DNA of 38,205 nucleotides from a virus (lineage: Duplodnaviria; Caudoviricetes), in the IMG/VR virus record IMGVR_UViG_3300032227_000019, positions 1 to 38,205 of that record; one strand, given 5' to 3'. The notes beneath the pieces were generated by a model. It worked only from the letters and a program-made list of their open reading frames with translations. It was not told where the DNA came from and made no database searches. Each line of letters starts with the position of its first letter. The stretch's first letter is position 1. Below are positions 9,228 to 18,739 of the stretch, piece after piece. The position numbers and the translations under genes are program-made.

Positions 9228-11021
9228 TTATTTTACGTCATACATATAAGAACCATACAAGTTTGTTCCATCACAGACAAATGAGAATACGTCACGGGCA
9301 CCAGCAGTGGTTGAAAGAATCGGAGTAACACCAGCAGGCCATTTAAATGCTGCATTCCAATTTAAGGTTCTATTTCCACTACCATCTTGAATTACATGAA
9401 GAATATAAGTTCCTACAAGTTTACCTGTAGGATTACCTACAGTTCTATTACCGCCTAATGTAACAGTTGCAATCTGATATTGACTGATATCCCAGTTAAT
9501 TGTCGCACCATCTGTTAGTGTGCCTGAGGAAACAGATGTTGCTGTTGCGGAATTGGCCTTATCAAATGCCGCCGAGGCGTGAATATAATCAACGTTTGCC
9601 TGGTTAAATGCAGCAGCGGCGTTTGTCGCTGCGCCATTGGCCTTACCAAATGCTGCATTAGCCACAGTATAACCACCATTAGCAGTATTAAATGCTGGTG
9701 TGACCTGAGGTGCTACGTTATTAGCAGCAGCAAAAGCGGCCGCAGCATTTATAACAACACCATTTGCTAAATCAAAGGCACCATTTGCTACCAGGTAACC
9801 ACCATTTGCTGTAGTATAAGAAGCAATAATACCTGCATTGGCCCATGTATTTGCACGAACACCAACGATGTTTGCCCATAGATTAGATGCTGCACCTACT
9901 GTTATAGTATAAGCATTTGCTGATGCTCCAACTGTATTGGAGTATGCATTTCCAGCAGCAGCGGAAGTAATTGAATATGTGTTTACCGTATTTGCAAGAG
10001 AAAATGCCGCAGTTGTATTTGTTGCAACACCATTAGAAAATGTATAAGAAGCATTAGCAACGATATAAGAAGCATTAGCAGTATCAAATGAAGGCTTAAC
10101 TTGAGGTGCCACATTGTTAGCAGAATCAAACGCTGCTTTAGCATTGACGGCAACACCATAAGCGAAAGTATTAATAGTATTAGCGAAACCAAATGCAGTA
10201 TTGGTTACAAAAAATGCACCATTTGCTCGTCCAAATCCTGCATTAGCAGTATCAAAAGAGATATTTACAAGAGATAGATTATTTTGTAGATTTGCAATGT
10301 TAGAAGAAGCATTACCACCAACAGCAAGAGCAATGCTATAGGCATCATTTGCTTTAAGGAATGCAGCAGCAGTATTGATCGAAACACTATATGTGTATGC
10401 ATTACCGGCAGCACCAACAGATACGGTATAACTGTTACTGGAGTTTGCCATAGCACCAGCATAGTTATTTGCGGAAGTACCAGTACCAGAATTGGCCGCA
10501 TTAGCCATAGCACCAGCATAGTTGTTAGAACTATTGGCCATAAATCCGGCATAGTTATTTGCTGAAACGGCTACAGCATATGCATATCCGTTAACCGAGT
10601 TAGCAAAAGAGAAGGCGGAATTGGTTACAATATAGACTGTATTAACGGCATTATAAACCGAGTTTACCCTAGTAAAGGCAGCATTTGTATTTGTTACAGC
10701 ACCGACAATAGCAACATTTAATGTATTTGCGAACGCATAAACATTGTTGGTGTATGCATATGCCACATTAGCCACACTGTTAACCAAATTAGCAGAAGCA
10801 ATGTTTGTTACCGATTTATCAGAAACGTTTGTAACCAGGTTAGTATCAATAGATACCGTTCCGGTTCTCATAACATTACCAGTGACCCGCAATGATGCCG
10901 TGTTAGATGTTGCATAGAAAAGATTATTGCTTTCAATATCATTTACAGCATAGATTGCCTGATTGGTTATGATTCGCCACTGGTCAAATGTGTTGAGGAG
11001 TGAAACGTTTGCTATTGTCAT
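9228..11021 (-). CDS. Tail fibre protein with Ala/Asn coiled-coil shaft (597 aa)
   Basis: N-terminal NTFDQWRIITN motif typical of T4-like fibre/baseplate attachment. Long AAFxxAN heptads and ANNYAGAMAN repeats. C-terminal LTDGATINWD...VIQDGSGNRTLNW..FKWPAGVTP.LST fibre tip domain. Confidence 0.82.
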   Translation of the reverse strand: MTIANVSLLNTFDQWRIITNQAIYAVNDIESNNLFYATSNTASLRVTGNVMRTGTVSIDTNLVTNVSDKSVTNIASANLVNSVANVAYAYTNNVYAFANTLNVAIVGAVTNTNAAFTRVNSVYNAVNTVYIVTNSAFSFANSVNGYAYAVAVSANNYAGFMANSSNNYAGAMANAANSGTGTSANNYAGAMANSSNSYTVSVGAAGNAYTYSVSINTAAAFLKANDAYSIALAVGGNASSNIANLQNNLSLVNISFDTANAGFGRANGAFFVTNTAFGFANTINTFAYGVAVNAKAAFDSANNVAPQVKPSFDTANASYIVANASYTFSNGVATNTTAAFSLANTVNTYSITSAAAGNAYSNTVGASANAYTITVGAASNLWANIVGVRANTWANAGIIASYTTANGGYLVANGAFDLANGVVINAAAAFAAANNVAPQVTPAFNTANGGYTVANAAFGKANGAATNAAAAFNQANVDYIHASAAFDKANSATATSVSSGTLTDGATINWDISQYQIATVTLGGNRTVGNPTGKLVGTYILHVIQDGSGNRTLNWNAAFKWPAGVTPILSTTAGARDVFSFVCDGTNLYGSYMYDVK

Positions 11022-11257
11022 TTACTAACCAATTCCTTTAATAGTGCCTTGATTTCTTGCATTTCTTGTTTTACGGTTTCCAAATCCTCGAGTTTTTCTC
11101 TCATATCGGAAATATCTTGTTGTGTTTGCTTCTGACTATTTATAAGTCTTTTTTGCCGCTGGTATTCGTTATCAGCCTTACGGTCAACATATAAGATGGC
11201 ACCAGAATTGGTATCTTTCATCAATTCAGGATGTCCTTCAATCTTCACTAGTGACAT
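11018..11257 (-). CDS. Small conserved T4-like coiled-coil protein (79 aa)
   Basis: VKIEGHPELMKDTNSGAIL...EIKALLKEL pattern, usually found right after the VrlC-like gene. Overlaps both neighbours (TAATG and ATGA). Confidence 0.8.
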   Translation of the reverse strand: MSLVKIEGHPELMKDTNSGAILYVDRKADNEYQRQKRLINSQKQTQQDISDMREKLEDLETVKQEMQEIKALLKELVSK

Positions 11258-14200
11258 TATTCGGTTCCTGGTATTGCGATTGCTCTCATATCAAATATAT
11301 ATGGAATACTATCCAATGTTGTACCAGCAGACGCCATAACAATCTTAATCTTATACTGATTAAAGGTATTGAATGTTGCTGTCGATGATGAATATACAAT
11401 AGTATTCGAAGAGAACGAAGGTCTATATTCTAATTCAATTGGTATGGAACCTGAAGTATAAGCAATCTCTCCACCTGGTCCCGTAACTTCTTTCATTAGA
11501 GTCCATCTTTTTTCTTCAATAGCCTCGTTATCATAAGTATTTTTAACCTTATAATAAACATAGATGTTTGTATTAATAGGCTTGATAGCAGTCAAGAATA
11601 CTCTTAGATCACCTGCATTAAACTCCGGCGCAAGCGATACAGTTTTGGAAATATATCTTGCCGCTGCGGGGCCACCTGAAGGGTCGGTTTCAGATGGAAT
11701 TCTAACAACAGCATTTACAACATTAGCATCGGAAGATACGATTGAAATATTAATATCTTCGGCATATCCTGAACCTCGACCATCTAGATAAAAACCTCCA
11801 ATCTGGGAAGTCGTACCTTGGAGACCATTTGCTGAAATGTTAGCACCATTGTTGATCAAGAATAGAGGATATCCGTTAGCACCAGAACCGGTATTTGCGG
11901 TGATGATAACACTGGTATTCTGTGTAGTGTATCCATTTCCTGTATTTGAAATCTGGATGCTGCCAGGAGTAATCCATAAATCATTAATGATTGTAGCCGA
12001 TCTGGCCAAGTTCTGTCTTCCAACATAGATAATAGGCGAGACATCCTTTGATGTTGTTGTCAACCCAAGTTTCATCTTAAACGAGACTGTAGGATATTCT
12101 TTACCGAAAACAACCTTTCTTTCAGACATAGGAATCATATAGTCCGGTTTAAATGTTGTATATGTCGGATCCACAGACAAGTCATTCAAATTGGTGGCAC
12201 GATAACTATAATCTAGTGTAGTACCAGGAATTTCAATAGAATCTGAGTGAACAGAAAACACATCAAATGCAGTATTTGAGTTATAATATGTATTCCTCTG
12301 CCAATACTCGTAAGTCTGTTCAGGGAATTTTTCTTCAAAGAACTCAATCTGACCGTTATTCACGAACTCACACTTATGAATAACAAACATCAAATCTTCA
12401 GTCTGAATTGCACTATAAGTTGAACCGTTCTGAGAACGGAACAAACTACCTAAGAATGGTTGTTCAGAAACAATTCTATCAGAACCAATAATCTTTTCAC
12501 CTAGTTCTGTAGCATAAATTTCATAATCATAATCATTAGAACTTACTATCATAGCATATTCAAAACCTGGAAACAAATACACAGGTGAGTTAAATGTAAA
12601 GCGAGTGTATGTTAATGGATTAGTTGGATCGGGTGATACACTAATTCTCACATCTTCTGATTCAACCACTGAAACTGCACCTGGAATAATACTCTTAGCA
12701 TCTGGATATCCATTTGTCATAACTCGGAGTTGAACTTCAACAGGCAGAGAACCCTTTGTTGAGAAGAACAAATCAATATATGGTACAAAAATTCCTTTTG
12801 GATAGTCGACCTCGGAGATATAAAACGATTGAGCCACTGGACTAATCTTTTTATACCCCTGAACAACTCCACCAGCACTGGCAGTGCTAGAAAATGTATC
12901 ATTAACCGGAGGCAATAGAGGTGCAGCATCAGCCGTAGGAACTGCACCTTGTGCGGAACCTACTGTAACTTTACCGTCCGGATTATTGACAATAATCTGA
13001 CCTCTAGAAATATTTAATCCAAATGAGTTATAGATATATTCTGCAATTGTGGTTGCATCATCAGAATCATTCTGGGCACTGTCTGTAATTTTAAATAGTT
13101 TTTCACCGGTCGTGAACTTGAATGGTGAAGAAAGGCTAGGACCTGGAAGATGTATAGTTCCAGCAAAAAATCCTTTAGTTGAACTATAGTGACTAATAAT
13201 ATTACCACTAATATAAGGGTCTCTAGCATCACCGATTGAATACTTAACACCTCTAATAGCAACCAGATCCTTAACTCCTTTAAGAGGAGGGTCTACATAT
13301 GCTTTTCTGGTAGCACCAATATATGATGTAATTCTGGTTGTTTCACCAGGAATATAACCATCTAAAATCGTGAACGAGTTTCCTACATAATATCCATCTT
13401 CATTGGAAGCGTCCTGCGAAAGTCTAACAACACCTAGACTTTCATAAACTTTGTCGCCGCCAATATTTGTAGCATCTGTTGTCGGTGTATCTGTTAATCT
13501 TAACCAACCACTATGATGTTGATATGAAACAACACTAGCCGTTGATTGTGACCTTATTCCCATAACAGTATTACCTGCCATAGTTATTAAATCCGGATTC
13601 ATCTGCTCTATTTCTGAAATATATAGAATCGTTCTACCGTTTTTGGCATACTCAGTATAATAGACTCTAGCAATACCACCACCGATGATGACATATTCGC
13701 TCTGTGTTTCAATTGGACCTACAATGGTTCCGCCATCACCAGGAGTCCATCCGTTATCTTCATGTTCCGTAACTGGAGGACAAATAGGAGGAGCAATAGT
13801 TTGATATGCTATAGGTGTGGTGGTACCACCTCTGTCAGGTTGTGGTATCCCTATGGTAATCACCTCTTCATTAAGATCAATTTCACGGCCTATATTAGGA
13901 TCGACCGCTTGGTTACCATTAACATCAGTTGCTATGATAGTTGGTTGTTTATCACAAACAACAATTCCTCGGTTTCGTGGTTCTGATGAACCTGCAAGAC
14001 GAGATAACTCGGAAGTAGTTTTTGGAAGCAAACTGTAGAAAGATTTATTATTATTCAATTCAACAATATTAGGCTTCTGCACAATTTTTGAAATGTCTTT
14101 ACCAGAAAAGAAAGGATATAACCTTCTATTAGGACGCATATTATAGACGAAGAAATCAATAGTCTGCCTTCTCATATATGCTTCAATATTAATATCGGAA

Positions 14201-14391
14201 ACATAGTTGATTGAACTCTGTCTAGGTAAAGTGGTAGTTTGTGTTAAAACACCTTTAACTTCTTCACCTAAACCCGGCTGAACAACATTATTGACACTAG
14301 AAAATTCTTGAATAGGATGTGCCGCAATATTTTTTTGGGCACTTAGCGCAATACTAGTGGTATCAATAGCAGATAAATCTGTAGTAGCCAT
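11257..14391 (-). CDS. VrlC/DUF4815-type baseplate structural protein, C-terminal part (1044 aa)
   Basis: YMRRQTIDF..NMRPNRRLYPFF, PVAQSFYI...GIFVPYIDLFF, QPFLGSLFRSQNGSTY..Q.EDLMF and ARYISKTVSL...DLRVFL...FNQYKIKIVM are the C-terminal motifs of the giant VrlC-like virion proteins. Confidence 0.85.
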   Translation of the reverse strand: MATTDLSAIDTTSIALSAQKNIAAHPIQEFSSVNNVVQPGLGEEVKGVLTQTTTLPRQSSINYVSDINIEAYMRRQTIDFFVYNMRPNRRLYPFFSGKDISKIVQKPNIVELNNNKSFYSLLPKTTSELSRLAGSSEPRNRGIVVCDKQPTIIATDVNGNQAVDPNIGREIDLNEEVITIGIPQPDRGGTTTPIAYQTIAPPICPPVTEHEDNGWTPGDGGTIVGPIETQSEYVIIGGGIARVYYTEYAKNGRTILYISEIEQMNPDLITMAGNTVMGIRSQSTASVVSYQHHSGWLRLTDTPTTDATNIGGDKVYESLGVVRLSQDASNEDGYYVGNSFTILDGYIPGETTRITSYIGATRKAYVDPPLKGVKDLVAIRGVKYSIGDARDPYISGNIISHYSSTKGFFAGTIHLPGPSLSSPFKFTTGEKLFKITDSAQNDSDDATTIAEYIYNSFGLNISRGQIIVNNPDGKVTVGSAQGAVPTADAAPLLPPVNDTFSSTASAGGVVQGYKKISPVAQSFYISEVDYPKGIFVPYIDLFFSTKGSLPVEVQLRVMTNGYPDAKSIIPGAVSVVESEDVRISVSPDPTNPLTYTRFTFNSPVYLFPGFEYAMIVSSNDYDYEIYATELGEKIIGSDRIVSEQPFLGSLFRSQNGSTYSAIQTEDLMFVIHKCEFVNNGQIEFFEEKFPEQTYEYWQRNTYYNSNTAFDVFSVHSDSIEIPGTTLDYSYRATNLNDLSVDPTYTTFKPDYMIPMSERKVVFGKEYPTVSFKMKLGLTTTSKDVSPIIYVGRQNLARSATIINDLWITPGSIQISNTGNGYTTQNTSVIITANTGSGANGYPLFLINNGANISANGLQGTTSQIGGFYLDGRGSGYAEDINISIVSSDANVVNAVVRIPSETDPSGGPAAARYISKTVSLAPEFNAGDLRVFLTAIKPINTNIYVYYKVKNTYDNEAIEEKRWTLMKEVTGPGGEIAYTSGSIPIELEYRPSFSSNTIVYSSSTATFNTFNQYKIKIVMASAGTTLDSIPYIFDMRAIAIPGTE

Positions 14392-14416
14392 GTATGTTTC
14401 CTTTAAAATCTTTCTA

Positions 14417-14424
14417 TATTTAAA
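14417..14424 (-). promoter_or_regulatory. Possible late promoter variant TTTAAATA
   Basis: TAAATA core in the 43-nt gap between the two VrlC-like halves, followed by an AAGGA RBS. The context is AT-rich, so a chance match is possible. Confidence 0.4.
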
Positions 14425-14434
14425 ATAATTCTTT

Positions 14435-17400
14435 TTATAGTACCAAGTTAGGAATATCTAGTGTTCCTGTAATCTTACGATTTTTAAATTCTTCTGAATC
14501 AAAGAAGAAATTAATGACTTGATACTGATTAAGTTCACGACTTTCCAATTTTTGTTTCCAAAATGCCTTACCAGCAGAATCAGAAGTTCTATTCAGAATT
14601 GTACCATATAGGTTTTCAACCCATGAATCCAAAGTTAATCCCTGAGAAGTTGCTGTTGCTCCAACGCCGGCCAATGTACCGCCGTTGCCATATGTAACTG
14701 ATGTTGGTGGTTGTGAAGTATCAATACCAGATGAATCAGGTCCATTAATTGTAACACCGTTACCCAACATAATTTGTTTACCTGCGGTAGGTGTATAAGT
14801 ACCATTGTCTAGTAATATTCTCCAAGGAATCAGATTATAAACTGGACGATCAGGAGCACCAATAGCACCAACAGCCTCACCAGAACCAACACCACCTTTT
14901 GTTATTTCAAATTCTGTTTGTCCTTTGTTCCAATGATGAACCGCAGCCATACAACACCAGAATGTCAAACCTGATAATTCACCTGGTCTATCCAAAGTTT
15001 GACGATATGCATCATTTACCCAATCGGCGATTGTGGAGGTGATAGCGGTTGGATCAATTCCTACTGTTGCCAAATAACCAGAATTTCTTGCTTCTGCTTG
15101 AATCTGTTTAACAAACATCGATCTAGACATACCAACAGTCTGAGTTAGACCATTTGCATCCAACTGATATGGAGTAAATCTAGGCGGTTGATCGAATGTT
15201 TTTGTTCTGGCATCGTATGTGAGACCTGCACCACCATCAAGCATTAGATATTCAGCAACAACGGTTTCTGGCGGCGGAGGCGGTGGTGGTCCCGTTTCAA
15301 TAACAATAGTATTGTTAACATATACTGTTCTATCAATAATGATGGTTTTTGGTTCTGGAATATCAATGACATCTGGTGGTAGATATGTGGTGTCTTTCCA
15401 TCTGTCATTTTCAGGAGTTGTAATAATTTGTCCTCTAAAGACTGCATATTGATATGAGTTTAGAGGAATACCCTTTGTAGCAACACCTTGTGAAATTGCT
15501 GGTACTGTTTTATATGCCAGAGTAACTTTATCTTCATGTCTAGAAACATTTACCATAGTTGCGCCATTGGCGTCCAACTTACTATAGTAAGTCATACTAC
15601 CTGGCATCAATATACCGCCAGTCGGTGAGAACCTACCATCAATATCCATAGCACACTGATAATCTGGATTATAGAAATCGGCCAATAAGTGACTTGTGAA
15701 AGTATCGGCTAGAATACCATACTTAGTTCTATCAAGACCATCAACGTCTTGAATAACGGTATCTGCTGCCTTTTTCTCCAATGCATTAAGTGTAACATTA
15801 TATTCAAGATTTTTAACACGTTGGTCGATAATAGAAATGTCTGCCATAGTATATCTTCTATGGTTCACATTTTCAATAACAATACTGTCAGTTCTAATAG
15901 TATATGGTAGAACACGTAGACGATGTGTCAAAAGTGTTCTGTCTGGTTGATTTGGGAAATATGGATTAGTTGAAGGTATACCTTTACTCAGACTTACAGA
16001 ATCGTTCATTGCTACTGTAAGAATATCTCTTCTTTCGAGATAGTGATAATAATCGCAAATGAAATCTGATGCAGGTACAGGAATTCTCGAAGATGTAAAA
16101 CTAAAAAACTCATTATTCGAGGCATTTGGCCGAATAGGTCTAAAGTCAATATTATCAGATAGACGCATACCAGAAATTTGTGGTATTAGCGCATATCCTG
16201 TACCGATATTGTTACCTTCTTCATAAACCGTATTAGCAATATAAGGATAAGAATCGACACTGTAATATCCAACGTCAGATGTAGAACGATAAAGGCGGCA
16301 GCAAACGATAATCCATCCTCTAGGTGGAGCGTATCCTGCTTTTAAGCGAATTGCGGCATGATCGTAATATGTAGGTCTATGACCTCTATCAATCTGATAT
16401 CTTTCCGTAACATCCGTTAATACCGTTAAATCCTCACCAGCAACCGGAGTAGTTGGTTTATTATAAACCTTAACCATTCCAATAACATCCGAAAGATACA
16501 AACTTTCAAATGCGTTTGAAGATGGATCTTTAATAGCAACTTGACCTTTACTTACATAAACATATGTATTCGATCCTGTTGAACTTAAAAAGTTTCCATC
16601 AGCAGGAGCAGTTGAGAATGTAGTAGTATTAGCAAGTTGTAGGGTCTTAACTCTTGGTTGTGCGGCAGAATCTCTTGTTCTCATTTTAGCATAGACAGTT
16701 GCAACGAATGAGTCAGAGGTGTTTCCTGTATGTAGTGTGGCTTGTTCTGGTAAAGATGATGTCACAGTTACAGAAACAGGAATTTGTTCACCAAGTTTTC
16801 TAACACTACCGGTATTGGCAGTGACAATTACAAGGAAGTTATCCATTACTACAGAAGATGTATTAGAACTGGTGGTTGAACCAACGAAATCTTCATCTGT
16901 ACCAGCGGTTATAACAGATGAATTACCTGTGCTGAAGGAGATGCCTGTAAACACCTTACGATATAGGTAAGACTGGTCAGTAAGGCCAGGAGCAATGTAT
17001 GATTGTGGAAATGCGAACAAAGATGATGATAATTCTGGATCATAAACAAAGGTATTACCTGTTAGTGTTCCGTCATCTTTACTTTGTATTGATATTCTTG
17101 CCGAGGCATTAGAAGTGGCACCTGTTTCCGATAGTACCGAATCTGTTACAAATGAATCGGTATCAGTAAAATCAAACTCAATCTGATAGTTTGAAGTTGT
17201 GTCAATCATATATGAGAATGGAGGTGACACAGTAGCCGTTCTAGTTGGGCCATAGTATGAAGAAATAATTCTAACGTCGCCAGCAGAATTACCAGATACA
17301 ATCTTAATGTAAGCACCAGTGTATGCATCATTAGCCGAAGAAATTTTAATATCACTCATAATGATAGTATTTTGTGTCACCGAGTTTGATGTTGCATTTC

Positions 17401-18727
17401 CGGTGATGGATCTGAATTTTGTATCAAAGAAATAAAATTCAAATTTTCTGTTAGTGGTGTTTGCATCACCATTATAGAAATTGATATCACGAACCCTAGC
17501 CGTACCAATCTTTGAAGAGTTATAGGTACTTACGGATGCACGATTGATTAGATCAGGTGTGACACAGTGTAAGTCAACAACACCCATCGAAGATGTTGGA
17601 AAAACACCTTTCAAATCGTCCACAATAACATATCTACCATAGTTGGTATTCAATGCAAAGTTATTAACGTAATTTTTTGTTCTTGCTCTTGGAATTTCAA
17701 TACGGGTTTCTGCTTGATTCTCAACCTCATAACCATAGATGTATGCCTTACCTGGACTTACTACAAGAGTAAAGTTATTTGAAGGATCAGTCTCAGACTC
17801 TTCTACTTTAAGTCTAAAAGGTTTAACAATATAGTTACCGGATTCGTCGTATGTGCGTCTTGCCAACACATCTTCAATTTCCGAATAGATTGGAGTTGAA
17901 ATAAGTTCTCTAATAACACCGTCCTGGATTTTAGCAATCTGAATCCATTTGGCATCGTCAATGCTGTCAAGGGCACGTGTGGCCAGGTTTAGAATAAGTT
18001 GATAACGACCGGCACCTGGTGCCTGATAGTTTGATGCCTCTAGTGCAGGATCCAATAAAGAAATATCATCTTCTTCGGTAATAATATTATCAAGTAGTTC
18101 TAGACCAACCTTAACATTTGCGCTTCTGTTATGCTTAGATACTACAACAGAATGTGCAGGAACTTTAATAAAGTGTCCTTGCATAAAGTAAATAGAATCA
18201 TAGATAAATGCTACGGCACCATTAGAAGAAACGTTTGATGTTGGTACTAAGTTGGCAGTAATAGTATAATCGGTTGTTCTAATAGTAGCACCTGGTCCAA
18301 ATTCGGTACCAGTTAGATACTTAACCTGAATTGAAGGAGGAGCAATATTTGATGCAGGTGTAGTTGAAACAACTCTTGCTGTAACGAAGTTATTGCCACT
18401 TGAATATCGGATAGTCTTATCTTTAAAGGTAGTAATATCAATGGCCGAATTTGCATATTCAGGATAAACATTAAGTGTAGTAACATCCATAAGGTCTAGT
18501 TTGCCGCCAATTACGGAAGAACCATTAACGAAAATATGACGACCGAATCTTTCGACCTGATTCTGAAGAATGGTCTGAAGTTGTGTTAACTCACGGGCCT
18601 GGACCGCATATCCAGGACGGAACATAACTTTGTGAAAGTTTTTGGATTCATCAAAGTCATCATAGTATGGAGCGACTTTAGATTCGGCTGGAACAATGAG
18701 AGTATTAACTACGTTTGCGGCTGCCAT
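14435..18727 (-). CDS. VrlC/DUF4815-type baseplate structural protein, N-terminal part with C-terminal DUF4214-like repeats (1430 aa)
   Basis: APYYDDFD...FRPGYAVQARELTQLQTILQNQVERFGRHIF, APGA.RY, LARRTYDESGNY, PGKAYIYGYE, RRYTMADI..RVKNLEY. Confidence 0.9.
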   Translation of the reverse strand: MAAANVVNTLIVPAESKVAPYYDDFDESKNFHKVMFRPGYAVQARELTQLQTILQNQVERFGRHIFVNGSSVIGGKLDLMDVTTLNVYPEYANSAIDITTFKDKTIRYSSGNNFVTARVVSTTPASNIAPPSIQVKYLTGTEFGPGATIRTTDYTITANLVPTSNVSSNGAVAFIYDSIYFMQGHFIKVPAHSVVVSKHNRSANVKVGLELLDNIITEEDDISLLDPALEASNYQAPGAGRYQLILNLATRALDSIDDAKWIQIAKIQDGVIRELISTPIYSEIEDVLARRTYDESGNYIVKPFRLKVEESETDPSNNFTLVVSPGKAYIYGYEVENQAETRIEIPRARTKNYVNNFALNTNYGRYVIVDDLKGVFPTSSMGVVDLHCVTPDLINRASVSTYNSSKIGTARVRDINFYNGDANTTNRKFEFYFFDTKFRSITGNATSNSVTQNTIIMSDIKISSANDAYTGAYIKIVSGNSAGDVRIISSYYGPTRTATVSPPFSYMIDTTSNYQIEFDFTDTDSFVTDSVLSETGATSNASARISIQSKDDGTLTGNTFVYDPELSSSLFAFPQSYIAPGLTDQSYLYRKVFTGISFSTGNSSVITAGTDEDFVGSTTSSNTSSVVMDNFLVIVTANTGSVRKLGEQIPVSVTVTSSLPEQATLHTGNTSDSFVATVYAKMRTRDSAAQPRVKTLQLANTTTFSTAPADGNFLSSTGSNTYVYVSKGQVAIKDPSSNAFESLYLSDVIGMVKVYNKPTTPVAGEDLTVLTDVTERYQIDRGHRPTYYDHAAIRLKAGYAPPRGWIIVCCRLYRSTSDVGYYSVDSYPYIANTVYEEGNNIGTGYALIPQISGMRLSDNIDFRPIRPNASNNEFFSFTSSRIPVPASDFICDYYHYLERRDILTVAMNDSVSLSKGIPSTNPYFPNQPDRTLLTHRLRVLPYTIRTDSIVIENVNHRRYTMADISIIDQRVKNLEYNVTLNALEKKAADTVIQDVDGLDRTKYGILADTFTSHLLADFYNPDYQCAMDIDGRFSPTGGILMPGSMTYYSKLDANGATMVNVSRHEDKVTLAYKTVPAISQGVATKGIPLNSYQYAVFRGQIITTPENDRWKDTTYLPPDVIDIPEPKTIIIDRTVYVNNTIVIETGPPPPPPPETVVAEYLMLDGGAGLTYDARTKTFDQPPRFTPYQLDANGLTQTVGMSRSMFVKQIQAEARNSGYLATVGIDPTAITSTIADWVNDAYRQTLDRPGELSGLTFWCCMAAVHHWNKGQTEFEITKGGVGSGEAVGAIGAPDRPVYNLIPWRILLDNGTYTPTAGKQIMLGNGVTINGPDSSGIDTSQPPTSVTYGNGGTLAGVGATATSQGLTLDSWVENLYGTILNRTSDSAGKAFWKQKLESRELNQYQVINFFFDSEEFKNRKITGTLDIPNLVL

Positions 18728-18739
18728 TTTTTATCCTTA

